A stretch of DNA of 64,000 nt from Macrostomum lignano. Taxonomy: Eukaryota. Made by a program: the position numbers and the translations under genes. How positions within the stretch are numbered: position 1 is the first letter of the stretch; every line of letters starts with the position of its first letter. Of this stretch, positions 13,027 through 25,108 are shown one piece after another. The notes under the pieces were generated by a model that searched no databases, was not told the DNA's origin, and worked only from the letters and a program-made list of their open reading frames with translations. The DNA lies in the NCBI GenBank assembly GCA_002269645.1, contig NIVC01002438.1, positions 109,553 to 173,552 on the forward strand, given 5' to 3'.

Positions 13027-16000
13027 ATGGAAGATTTTACTATCAGAGAAGGTATTTTATTTTAATGCTAAATGAAAAACTTTGAAGAGTAATTTAATCT
13101 TAGAAAATCTTTCTTAATGTAAATGCAATGTTGATCTTTTAAAATCGTTGTTCCTAATTTACTAATTTTAATGTTTACTCTTTTAATTCTAAATGAATAA
13201 TCTTTCGAACCTCTCGAGCAGGTGCGTCGCCAGAATTCATGTCTGGGGGGGGGGAGGGCAGAGCCATAAATCCATCTTTGATGGAAGCAAAATACAAAGC
13301 AACAAAGGCAGTAAAAAAATCCCCTCCCTCGCGGGGGGGGGACATGTCCCCAGTGTCCACCTTGTCTACGCCCCTGCTCTCGAGCGCTCTAACCTATTGT
13401 AAAGTTAGGCTAATTGTTGGAGTATTCGAAATCATTGAAAATAAAGTATTTATGCAGTAGATTGTGCACTGATATACAATGTGTTTATTTTAAGTAAATT
13501 GATAGACAAAATGATTTTTTTCTTCTTTTTATATTTTCCATCTGTTTTATTGCTTATGTTGTGTTATTTTTGTTGTATAAGTATGCATTTGGATAGGACC
13601 TTTGGCTTCAGTCCTTTCTATAGCTTTGATTCTATTCATTTCAAAGATTTATTTATCATTATTTATCATATTTATTATTTATTTTTACTTATATCCAGTT
13701 TTTACATGATGCATCTACAGCCATTTTTACCTTTGAGCCATATAAAAGTATAATAATAATGACCGACTTCAGTTTTTTTCAAAATTAATGTTTATCTTCT
13801 TCCTAATATTAAAATTTTTAAGGCATTCGTAGTGGCATGGCCCTATGGCTGGAGAAGCTAAGCTGCTCAGGAGATGCTGTCCAGCAGCTGGAGCACAAAA
13901 AGAAATTTCTAGCTAAGCTCGCTGCTGCTCCCATCTGTCTGGCTGGCCCAGAATCATTGGAGCAGCACTACGAAGTGCCAACTGAATTCTTCCGCCTCGT
14001 ACTTGGGCCTCGAATGAAGTACTCATGCAATCTGCACAGTGGCATAGAGACTGCTGGAGCTGGAGATGCCGCTGACGATCTTGCTGAGGCAGAATTTCGC
14101 AGCTTGGATACCATCTGTCAGCGTGCTGGCATTGTTGATGGCATGCAGGTGCTTGACATGGGTTGCGGCTGGGGCTCTCTGAGCCTGTTTCTGCTGGAGC
14201 AATTTCCCAACTGTCGGGTGACGGCCGTGTCCAACTCTGCCACACAACGGCTGCACATTGAAGAGCGGGCCAGGTAATTTATATTGCTCTCCGTGTTTCT
14301 CTTTACTTAGTTTTCTCTTTCTATCAGTGATTCACTGACATCTCCTGAGTTCATTCCATCGGTGATTCACTGACATCACCTAAGTTCATTCCATCGGTGA
14401 TTCACTGACATCTCCTGAGTTCATTCCATCGGTGATTCACTGACATCACCTTAAGTTCATTCCATCGGTGATTCACTGACATCTCCTGAGTTCATTCCAT
14501 CGGTGATTCACTGACATCTCCTGAGTTCATTCCATCGGTGATTCACTGACATCACCTTAAGTTCATTCCATCGGTGATTCACTGACATCTCCTGAGTTCA
14601 TTCCATCGGTGATTCACTGACATCACCTTAAGTTCATTCCATCGGTGATTCACTGACATCTCCTGAGTTCATTCCATCGGTGATTCACTGACATCACCTT
14701 AAGTTCATTTCATCGGTGATTCACTGACACCACCTAAGTTCATTCATTACTTCGTCGGTTCACTGAAATCTCGTCCACATATTCAATCAGTGAATATAAT
14801 CCACTTACCATCTCATGGGTTTATTCCATCTTTGATCGAACCATTGGCATTTTCAGTCACTTCATTCATGACACATTAATGTGTTAATTAATAATATTTG
14901 CATCCAAAATCAACAGGCAAATTCCAGGCGGCTCGCAGCGTCTCTCAGTCTGCACAACCGACATTTCGGATTTCCAACCGGGTCCCAACCGATTCGATCG
15001 CGTTGTATCAATCGAAATGCTGGAGCACATGAAAAATGTTGGAGCCCTGTTTGCTCGAGTCAATGACTGGCTGCGACCTGGTAAGAACTATGAATTGTTA
15101 GAATCACCACTAGGTTGTAGTCTAGTGGTTAGAGCATCGGACTCATGACTGAAGGTCGGGGGTTCGATTCTCGACCCACTCGAAACAAACTGTACCCTTG
15201 AGCAAGACACTTAAACTCTGCGTTGCTTCAGTTCACCCAGCTGTAAAATAGGTCCAGTATTAGCTGGGTTAATTGAGGGTGTGTGGCAATCCCACCAGGC
15301 CTTGGACTGAACAGCCGTACGCAGTCTTCAGGTGCGCACCAGTAAAAAACTTATTTTGTACACTGTTGCAAATTTTTACGATATAGTCGATTCGCAGGGT
15401 GCAGTCAGCACGGAGGCAAGCAGTCATGCCCATTCCGCATGAACAACGACCCTGACTTTTTAACATCGTCGGGCGCATGTGCCTCGGAGTTGGTCCGGAT
15501 TGCCACCCAGCACCTAGTACTAATCTTCTGTATAACAAAACCTGAATCATAACTAATCACAATGGCTGGACACTGATCGATCTTTAATTCTCCATGCCAT
15601 CTACAGGGGGCAAGCTGTTCTCCCAGATCCTGTGCCATCGCCAGTTCGCTTACAACTTTGACACTCGCCGCAACTCCGACACGGAATGGATGGCTAGAAA
15701 TTTCTTTACTGGCGGATCCATGTTCTCCGCTGATCTGTTTCTGCACATGCAGCAGCATCTCCGGCTGGAGGACCTGTGGCTCATCAACGGCAAGCACTAT
15801 AGTCGGACTCTGGAGGCCTGGCTGCGAAAGCTTGACGCTTTGCCAAGGTGGGTGCATTCTTTATAGTACTGAGGTCGGCGAACTTTCTTACGTCAAGGGC
15901 CAGATTTAGAGTCAAGCTCGTGGCCGCTGGTCAGATAAGCGAGGAGAGAGGAGAAGAGAAAGAAGAGGGAAAATAGTGGAGAGGAGAGAGAAGGGATAAG

Positions 16001-16653
16001 AGAGTAGAGGAGGGAGAAAAGAAGAAAGGAGAGAAGAGAGGAGAGGAGAGAGTGGAGAGGAGAGAAGGATGAGAGGAGAGAGAAGAGAGAAGAGAGACGA
16101 GAGAAGAGAGGAGAGAAGAAAGAGAGGAAACGAGAGAAGGAGGAGAGGAGAGGGGAGAGAAGGAGGAGAGAAGAGAGACGAGAAGAGAGAAGAGGAGGGA
16201 AGGCGATGAGAGAGAAGAGAAGTTTCAAAGGACCCGAGGGCCGAAAGAGAGGCTTCGCAGGCCGCATGTGGCCAGAGTTTGCCGACCCCTGTAATACATT
16301 CCATATTTGGCTTTTATTAGCCAAATTACCAATGGCCAACTAAAAGCGGGTCAAGTGTTTTAAATTTCTCGATCCTCGATTGATGCTAATCGGTCACGTA
16401 ATTTGTAAAAGACTTCGCTAAATGCGGCGATACCAGAAGCTTTCATATCAAATTCGCGCATTTCTGCAGAGATGCCGCCAGACGCGCTCTGATGGGCCCG
16501 AGCTTCGCTGCTCAGGAGGCTGACGAACAAATTGCCAACTGGCGCAAGTTCTTCATCTTCTGCTCGGAGGTGTTCGGCTACGAGAATGGCAACCAGTGGA
16601 TGGTGGCGCACCACCTGTTTGCTAAACGCCAGGGGCTCAGTGCGGCGCTTTGA
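13027..16653 (+). CDS. SAM-dependent methyltransferase, coclaurine N-methyltransferase-like subgroup of the CFA/CMAS family. Exons 13027-13051, 13823-14273, 14917-15080, 15607-15847, 16470-16653; ~354 aa
   Basis: Motifs [36 protein letters not shown] (motif I), [62 protein letters not shown]. All introns are GT-AG with consistent phases. The micro-exon MEDFTIREG supplies the conserved D..IR.GIR start. Confidence 0.88.
13219..13376. mobile_element. hAT-type MITE
   Basis: TIR CAGGTGCGTCGCCAG / TGTCTACGCCCCTG with perfect 8-bp TSD CTCTCGAG (13211-13218, 13377-13384). Confidence 0.85.
14327..14760. repeat. Intronic minisatellite with alternating 35/36-bp units
   Basis: GGTGATTCACTGACATC[TCCTGAG or ACCTTAAG]TTCATTCCATC repeated about 12 times. 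Confidence 0.95.
15111..15345 (+). mobile_element. tRNA-derived SINE, copy 2
   Basis: A-box (TAGTCTAGTGG) and B-box (GGTTCGATTC) in a tRNA-Val-like head, followed by CCCTTGAGCAAGACACTT..CAGTTCACCCAGCTGTAAAAT. Confidence 0.8.
15869..16291. mobile_element. hAT/Charlie-like MITE with AG-rich internal microsatellite
   Basis: TIRs CTGAGGTCGGCGAAC / GTTTGCCGACCCCTG and a GGCCGCATGTGGCC subterminal motif. The same family occurs in opposite orientation at 52380 and 55510. Confidence 0.7.
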
Positions 16654-17479
16654 GAAAATCGACGACTGCTTGACTTTGTCTGTGACTTTTGATCTAGTTT
16701 AGAAATTTCGTAATTACAGTTTGTTTAAATTTTCAATCAAGAAGTCTAGTAACAAGATTTACATTTAGTAATTTAGCATATAATTTAGTAACTTCAGGTA
16801 CAGATTTCTAATGAGAAACATCTATAATAATTTCTTTATAAAATTACAATGTTTGAAAGCTTGCACGTAATTTCGCTGGTAGCTTCCAGATGTCTATTTT
16901 ACTGGATACTAATACATGATTTGTTTTTTTAAATGCATAATTTAATTTTACTAGTGATTTTTATTTACAAAACATTGATTAAATTGTTTCAATTACTTTA
17001 GAATTTCTTTCTTTGAAACTGTAAAAAATATTTATATTTATAAAATTTATATAAAAAAAATATCGTCGTCACGATACAGGCGTGAAGTTTGGAACACGCT
17101 AAGCTGACAAACTGCAAGGGGCCAACGCAACACTGAGCTTGTGGGGCCCGTGCAAAATTCCTACATCCACTGACGTACCCGCGACGTACCTGACCGGTCG
17201 GACTGATTTGCCAGCGACGTTGATAGACATTGAAAACGTTAGCCCGACTTCCAACCGCTCACAGTTGGCTTCCTCTTATACCCACAGAAACTTTACGTGC
17301 TAATATAAAGACTGCTTAAGAATGCTATTTAGTATCTGCACATCTCACAACTTTTTTAAGCACGTAGGCACGTGTTATACTGTGTAGTGAGCCATCAGAA
17401 GCTACTTTTGATTTGCTTTAACTTAACTGCAGGGTGCAGTGCTTCAGTTGTTGGCATACCTGTTTGGCGACTGTAACCT

Positions 17480-17740
17480 GTAACCTAGTGATTAGAGCAT
17501 CGGCCTCACGACAGAAAGGTCGGGGGTTCGATTCTCGACTCATTCGGAACAATTTGTGTCCTTGAGCAAGACACTTGACTCTACATTGCTTCATTTTACC
17601 CAGCTGTAAAATGGGTGCCAGCATTAGCTGGGGTAATTGAGGGTATGTGTGGCGACCCCCCCCCCCCCAGTCCCTTGGACTGAACAGCCGTACGCATGCG
17701 CCGAGCAATAGCTGCGGCTGCAGAGCTGTCGGTTGCACAT
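17480..17740 (+). mobile_element. tRNA-derived SINE, copy 3
   Basis: TTAGAGCATCGGCCTCACGACAGAAAGGTCGGGGGTTCGATTC head plus TGTGTCCTTGAGCAAGACACTT..CCCAGCTGTAAAATGGG. Confidence 0.8.
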
Positions 17741-18312
17741 CAGCGCATTAGGGCTGGTTTAATCAATTATTATATTAATTATTATTAATATTGGCGACTA
17801 TGCACGGGTAGCTCGCACAACACGAGTTGTTTGAAAAAACCAGGTTAAAAAAAGGTGAGGGCCTGACTTGTTCCCAGCCATTAGCCCTGACTGCCATCAG
17901 AGATTGCGACTGTTGCTGTATGTGGTTCAGTGTACCCATGCAAAACATTCGGGCATCCGTCGACGTAACCAATGCCCATGGTCGTCGCAGGCAAATGAGT
18001 ATTTTTACATTACGCTGATAGGTGACGACGATATGCTTCGAACGTATAGGAAGAAGTGCCTGAACTGACCGGACCTGCTTGGTCCGGGTCGACGTACCCA
18101 CGCCGCAACTGGCGATAAAATGGAAAGGAAAAATATGTATAGGTGTAATGTAAAAGCACCCACTTTCCTGTGACACCCTTTAAAGGCCCCTAAAACTTTG
18201 AACTCGACGCCGCTGGCTATTTTAAAACTCGCAGAAACGGGTTACCCATACTTTTAGGTCTATACAGGAGCCTCGCCATTTGTCAAATCAGGACCATGTT
18301 ACTCTACAGCTC

Positions 18313-18639
18313 TTTCTGTTGCATAGAGGAGACCGCGGAGCATCACCCACCCTCTGCCCTTACTTCAATAAGGCGCGGCACAAACACCTCGGCCACCCCC
18401 AGCAGATGGACGAGGTGGCCACCACCCCGGACAGCATCAGTGACCTCCGGGCTTTCGTCCGAGATACCAGCCGGATGAGGGTCGCCGATGCCTCCTCTGT
18501 GAACCTGCCGACTACTGGTGGGGCTGGACGCACCCCCCCCCCCAAGGGTCAAACATTGTTTTCTTTTACCTTATTTGCGGTAGGGGCCTCGCAGCTTATT
18601 CGCGGCGCCTGCGTCCCCCTCAAGTAGTAAGCGAGAAAG
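18313..18639 (+). mobile_element. 5'-truncated 3' end of the LOA-like LINE family
   Basis: Matches the reverse complement of 33356-33690. Flanked by 13-bp TSD TACTCTACAGCTC (18300-18312, 18640-18652). Confidence 0.85.
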
Positions 18640-19569
18640 TACTCTACAGCTCAAAATGCTTAAACTTTTAGCAACTTTTAACTTTAAGTAAAAGTTATGG
18701 GGGGACATCCCAATGCTTTGTCCCCCACCCAACCTTTGTTGACCTTTGACCTGTTATGGAAATCAAAAATTTTGCTTCAGGGCGACAAAACATAGCGCCT
18801 GCAGACCAAAATGGTGCCTGCGGCGCTAAAATGAGTGCTTGCCGTGCTAAAATTACAGGATGGTTTTGTGGGTACCCTGGCGCAACGTATTCGCCGACAT
18901 TGGCCTACAACTAGCGGAGGCAATTCTGCCCATGCATTACGCAGATTCCTGAGACCAGGTGCTCAAACACATGCTCACACAGGGTGAAAAGCAGGGGCCT
19001 TGACTCTCTATAAATTGTCAAGCATGTTACACTATTTGTGCCTTGGGGTTCGGCTCTTGCTGGTTTGAAGTGCACGACGAATCATAGGGCAATTTTATTG
19101 TATTGACAGTATAGAAGATCCAAATAAATATAGCTTCTCTCTCTCTTCTATTCTTCTTTAAAATCTTCTCTTTCCTCTTCTTCTCTCTGTTCTATTCACC
19201 CTCCTTAACTCTCTTGTCTGGCCCGAAAACCCGAGCTCGATTGTTTATTTGGTTCTGAAGGTAAAGGTTTGTCGAGTCCCTGCTCTTTACAAATGTGCAC
19301 GTACCTGTATATAATACAGTTTAATGCACTTCCGATAGGATAAAGAGGAATCTTACTGTTTTTAAATGGTTTTTTGAAATCGTGGCTTTTTAATTGTAAG
19401 GTCTGATTTGAATCAATTGTACATCCCACATTTTTTTATATAATGAAATCTTAAATCGTTACTAACCCCCCCCCCCAATGCAGCCATGGTAGGCTCAATT
19501 TAAATTATGCTGAATTCTACCAGCTCTGTAATAAAAGCCAAAGGTACGAGTCCAAGTTATAAAGATGAT

Positions 19570-19685
19570 GGGGTCGTACTATAAAGCTGTCGTAGCGTAA
19601 GTTCGATCGTACGTCGGAACTTTTACACTGCGGAGATAGGAGCTAAGATTGATCTTATCTTACGATGGCTTTATAGAACGGGCCC
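19570..19685. mobile_element. PIF/Harbinger-type MITE
   Basis: Imperfect TIR GGGGTCGTACTATAAAGC / GCTTTATAGAACGGGCCC with 3-bp TSD GAT. A related end occurs at 58863. Confidence 0.7.
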
Positions 19686-21887
19686 GATTAGAATGCAATA
19701 AAACTCTAATTGAATATTTTTTCTAAATATATATTTATGGTCTCTTTTGTTTCAATTTAGCTAATGATCTTTTTGACACATGCTGGAGGGTCAGCTCATC
19801 TTTAATTCACAAGCAGTGTGGAACTTGCTTCCACTTTCCATGTGTTTTATGCTAAAGAATGGATGCCTGATGAGAAGGGCCGGTGGAGAGAGAAGTGAGA
19901 TTAAGAGAGGCAGTAGTCGCTCTCTTTCGCGCGCGCATCTCTTCGTGAAACATTCGGTGAGCCTTTCCCGCCTGACAAATAAACGAAATGAAACGTAAAA
20001 AATGTTGAAACTTTTTTTCGAATATTTTACTTATAGTAACTGAGGGCACTAACTTAAGAAGTCTAACAAAAGCAAAGGTGATAGGGTATAAGTACATGAC
20101 TTTTGAACTGATATATCAATTATGTTCCAGAAGTTTGTAAAATTTTGGGATTTTTTTACGTCACTCTTTAGGCAGCAACTTTACGAAATTATACGAAAAA
20201 GGGAAGAAAAATTATTGCGAATGATGATTTTCTTTATAATATATGTCAGAAATTTAAATGCAATACGACTTTAAAAAGAGGACACACATATTGGACGAGA
20301 TATTCATTATATTCTTAGTACTAAAGTCATTTGAGATGATAAAATATTAGAAAATTAAATTCGTAAGTGACACGTATATACACGTAACACGTATAGCGTT
20401 TAACGTTTTTTATTCGTAAAACTTAATGCAATTTTTTACGTAAATATTCTACATGTGTTTCACCTCAGGATTTCATGACCACATTTTTTCAAGGATAAAA
20501 TTCTACGTACAATATCATCATTTTAGAGTATACCCAGATGCTAATTGTCAGCTAAGACATTTTGAGGGAACATCTTTTGTTGAATTTATACGTATATTTT
20601 CCGCAAGGGAAATTAAATTATCGTATCAATACGTATAGAAATAGGTAAATTTGTTACTAACTATTCTAGGTAATATATTTAGGTTTTTTTTCCAAAAAAC
20701 AATCGGACGTATCAGATAGGTCTCAAATACTTTTCAAAAAAACGAACGAACAGATATATGTTTTTTCTTGTTTAAAAGGTACTTGTGTAAAAGGTGTCAA
20801 TATCGCCGGTTTTACGACGTCGTTAGTAAAATGTGCTTTACTACTCCCAACGCTGGAACACCAATTGTAAAAGATTCGAACTTCCAGCGACTTCACGATG
20901 TTAATTATGAATTTAGCTACGAACTGACTATCGACGCTAAACTGGCTACTGCTGGCTAGTAGTCTACAGCGAACATAAAAACCTAGCGAGGAACTCAGAC
21001 GGGCCTCTTGGCGCGAGTGACCTATAATTTCCTATGGGCCTTTTGGTTGCGGAAATAAAACTTCTCCTATGGGCCTATTGGTTACTAGCGTCTTTGTTCT
21101 CCGGTAGACTCTGACTCACTGGCACTTTAAGACTACTATGACTCAGCGTCTGACCTAGTCCAGACGGGTCTCTTGGTATCGAACTCTTAGCGAGCAGAGT
21201 GATTATTCCCTCTATTCCCGAGTGACAAGAGTTCTCGAATATTCCTAACTTATGGTAGCTTTCAGATATGTGGCCTAAGGCAATACTGCTTATCTTGCAC
21301 CAGCCGAAGAGCGGTACCCTGAGATGGTCTGATAGAGTAATGCCACTAATTTCTTGATAACTTACGTTCCCCAATGTATCGATATTCAGTTTCAATCCCA
21401 AAAGTATTATTGTCACGAAAGGTAGGTCGCTGCCACCAATCGAAGCTATGATTAAATTGACTGAGACAAAAACCGCTATCAAAGAGGATTTGAATAATAG
21501 AGCTAACACTCAAGCTGGATAAATAGAACTTGATGAACTTGGCGATTGTAATAATAATTATTAAACGATAAGTTAGCAAGTTGGAAACTAACGCAACAGC
21601 AAACAATAATAATCAACCTTAACAATAATAATTAATAAAACACAAATATAAGCTCGGCCTCCTGTGTCCTTACTAGCACAGTATGTTAGAGCTAAGATTT
21701 AGTTTGTTAAGCTAACTATAAGTACTTAGGAGCAGCGCTCAACCAAGACTTGACATTTGCTAATAACTAGCCATGAACTATTAGATTAACAGGCACATCT
21801 TACAAGTCAATAACTATCGGGAGCACACAGTCCGGGCTAAGTTGCAACCCAGGCCAGAGCAAAGGGCCAACGGCAAAAACGAGCGCA

Positions 21888-24800
21888 CCCAAGACACCCG
21901 GATTGCGATGAAATTGGGAATATTGCAATAAAATTGAAATAATTGCCGTAATTGCAATTTTATTTCCCTAAAATTAGTTAAATTGCAATTCACTTGTGCA
22001 AGTCACTTGAAATTATTGCAATTCTACTAAAATGCTTTACTCTCTACTTAACAGTAGAATACTTAGAATATTAAATTGGACGAATTGCAATTTGATTGTG
22101 AACTTTAACTGTTTTATAATTTTGTGTTAGCGATAAAGGAAATGAGCCAATAACTACAGTTTGGATAGCCATATTTTGTAAAGATTTGTTTTAGCAGCAT
22201 TTTCAAGAAAAATGTTTATAATTTGTTTAAGCGATGTATTAAGATTTGCTTTGAGCAAAAATGCGGGTCTCCCTAAAACACGCACCGCCCCGCCCCGAAC
22301 CGCTACACATTATAACATTTTTGTAAACGCAGTATTTGATTGAAAAGAAAACTATTTGTTGTACGAGTAATGGAATAAATATCTTTAATTATTATTATAA
22401 ATATTGTTATTATTTTTTTATATTCTCGTTTTCATTATTAAATTATATTATTATTTTTTATTTTTAATATTATTAATAATATCACTTATTATTCACCGAA
22501 TTTTATATTTCTTAGTAAAAAAACTGAATTTAATAAAAACTTTAAAGCTTAACAGAAAACGCATTTTGAAGTGTCTTCAGTTATAGTCCAATTTGTTTTA
22601 ATGTGTAGCGCTGCAGGGCGGTGCGGGGCGTGTTTTAGGGAGACCCCAAAAATGCTGCAAAATGTCCGCCATGTTTTCTATAATCATAAGTTAGCCAGAC
22701 AGCCTGAAGTATAGCTCTCCCTACTTGACTTGTTGTAATAGTTATGAACTCGTCATAATTATAATCAGCATTAATTAAAAGGCTAAGCCTGTAAAAGCTA
22801 ACAAAATAATTATTCTAATAATATTAATATAGTGCTTTTAATTTCAGTTTCAGTGACAGTAGCCTAGCCCCTATTTTATTGTAGGCCTAAGCCTAGTCTT
22901 GTGTTGTGCCTCTGTTGTGTGATATGATGACATTATAAGTATAATCTACATCATAGAGTTGGCCTATTATATATAGACTATAGATTGGATAGAGAGGTGG
23001 CATGTAAGGCTGGCCCTATAAGATATTACCTGTAAATTTAATGTAACCTAGTTGGCTATGGTAGCAGGATTGTGTTGTGTCTTTGTGTTCTGTTGTGTTT
23101 TCTTCTGAAAAACTAGCAAAGGCCTATTGCTTTGTGATAGTAGCCAAGTGGGTAGGGTAGGTCTAAATTGACTTTATTGTATAATAATAATAATGCTGCT
23201 AAAAGCGCAAAAATATTATTATTATTATTATTTTTGGAATATTAGGCCTAGCAATTAGCAAATTTATTTAGACAACATGAGCAATTATTAATAGGAATTT
23301 TAAGGAGCAAGCCTTGGCTATGTGAAGCCTAATATTTTAAAAAGCAATTGCTTTTTATATTTATAATTTGCTTTGCCCAATTGGCCTTTAAACTTTACTC
23401 ATAGCTCATAAACCCAAGTATAATTATAGGTAGGCCTATAATATAGCCTAGCAAAGCTTTTCAATGTTTTCATTAGCTTAGCTTTCTTAACTTTAGTGTC
23501 CAAGATTTCTATTATAGCTATAATGGACTTGCCACCTAGGCTATCTTATCCAACTATTCTAAATGTCTTTTTATTCTATTATTATATTCTATTCAAATAT
23601 TATTTAAGACTACATTATTTAAAACCATAATATAGCCTCAATCATTATTTAGTGTCTTTAGTAGGCATAATACACCTTTTCATGATCAATTTTGATCAAA
23701 ATCCAATTCTAAAAAACTAGCAGAAATTCAATTTAGACAATTCAGACTAGGCCTAGGGCAATACTTGTGTAAAATCAATAAAACAAAATCTAGTTCAAAA
23801 AATTCTGCACCAAAGCAAGGTTTAGCCATAAATAAAATTGTCCAGTTAAATTTCTGCTAGTTTTTTTAGAACTGGACTTTGATCAAAATTGAATGTAAAA
23901 AGGTATAATAACCAAATATTGTCTTATATAGTATATATTATAGTCTAAACTTAGAATTTTTATGCTGGTTACATGACCTTCACTAAGTAAGTTAGTCTAA
24001 AGATAAAAGTCCTTAGCCTATTTCTATATTTTAGTTTTGAGTTATAAAATTGGATTTTAACTATACTCAAATAAGAATCATTAGGCCTAAATTAAGTTTA
24101 ACTAATTACAAAGCCTAGTAGAGCCAAACTAGAAGTAAATTTGATCATAGGCCCCTAATGTATACTATAGAATAAGTCTAATGATAATGGTAAGTTATCT
24201 TGGTTATTGTATAAATTTTGTAATACTATTAGTAAATAGATCAGCCTAGACCTAGTTAGGAATTATATGCTTATAATGCTTGATGACTTTAATATATAGC
24301 CAAGGGCAAAAGGCAATGTCATTGCTAAGTCATTTACTATGTAGTCTTATTTTAGAATGAGTTTTAAATAGGCATATGATTAATATGTTGTTCTTTTCTT
24401 TTACCTATCTCTAATAACAAAACTATTTTAATTTTTCCAGCTCAACAGACCAGCAAAGGAGCAGCAGCCCATCCAGTGTCCTAAGGAAGGAAGGAAGAAC
24501 CAATGGCCCAATTTATTGCTACAAAAACAGACCAGCTCAACAGACTGATTTATTTATTGCTGCAAAAACGTATTTCCTCACCATAATCCTAAAATGCATT
24601 AGCTCTAATTAATTCATTAAAATATAAATAGTATCTTGAGTCTTGCTAAAAATGTTGTCAATTTAATGTTTTGTTGAAGTGGTTGGTTGCAATTGGCATA
24701 AGTTGATTTTGTTTTCTGAACTTGTTTGTTATTTTCTAATGGGCAAGTGTGTATTTATGTGTATGAGGGAATCAATTAACTGAGTACTCTACTCTCCTAT

Positions 24801-25108
24801 GAAACAAAAATCAATGCAGTATATTAATTGTATGTATTACTAGTAGTAGCAAGATAAAAAGCGAAATTACAATCAGAATTGCTCAAGCAAATTGTAATTT
24901 GATATTTGATTGCCAATCCTCTTGTGCTAATTACAATTTAATTGTCACAATTGCAATCTAATTGTAATCTGCTTGTCGAGATTGCAATTAAATTATAATT
25001 TGCTTATCAAGATTGACAATCAATTGCCAATTAATTTGCAATAATTGCCCAATTTTGCAAATTCAATTGTAATTAATGCGCAATTATCACAATTTTGGGC
25101 GTCTTGGG
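21888..25108. mobile_element. Non-autonomous CMC/EnSpm-like element 2
   Basis: Termini CCCAAGACACCC / GGGCGTCTTGGG, 2-bp TSD CA, and AATTGCAA subterminal arrays at both ends. Confidence 0.8.
22265..22646. mobile_element. Mutator-type MITE nested in element 2
   Basis: TIR GGGTCTCCCTAAAACACGC / GCGTGTTTTAGGGAGACCC with perfect 9-bp TSD CAAAAATGC (22256-22264, 22647-22655). Confidence 0.88.

Noticed and set aside
14327-14760. CRISPR-like array of ~35-bp repeats
   Set aside because: No unique spacers (contiguous tandem units), located in a spliceosomal intron, and no cas genes.
15111-15190. tRNA gene (also at 260-333 and 17480-17545)
   Set aside because: The acceptor stem does not close, the anticodon differs between copies (CAT vs CAC), and each is followed by the same SINE body.
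15893-16339. Long Leu/Ser-rich ORFs (also 52420-53179, 55596-55901, 56506-56981)
   Set aside because: Artefacts of CT/AG microsatellites or tandem repeats within transposons.
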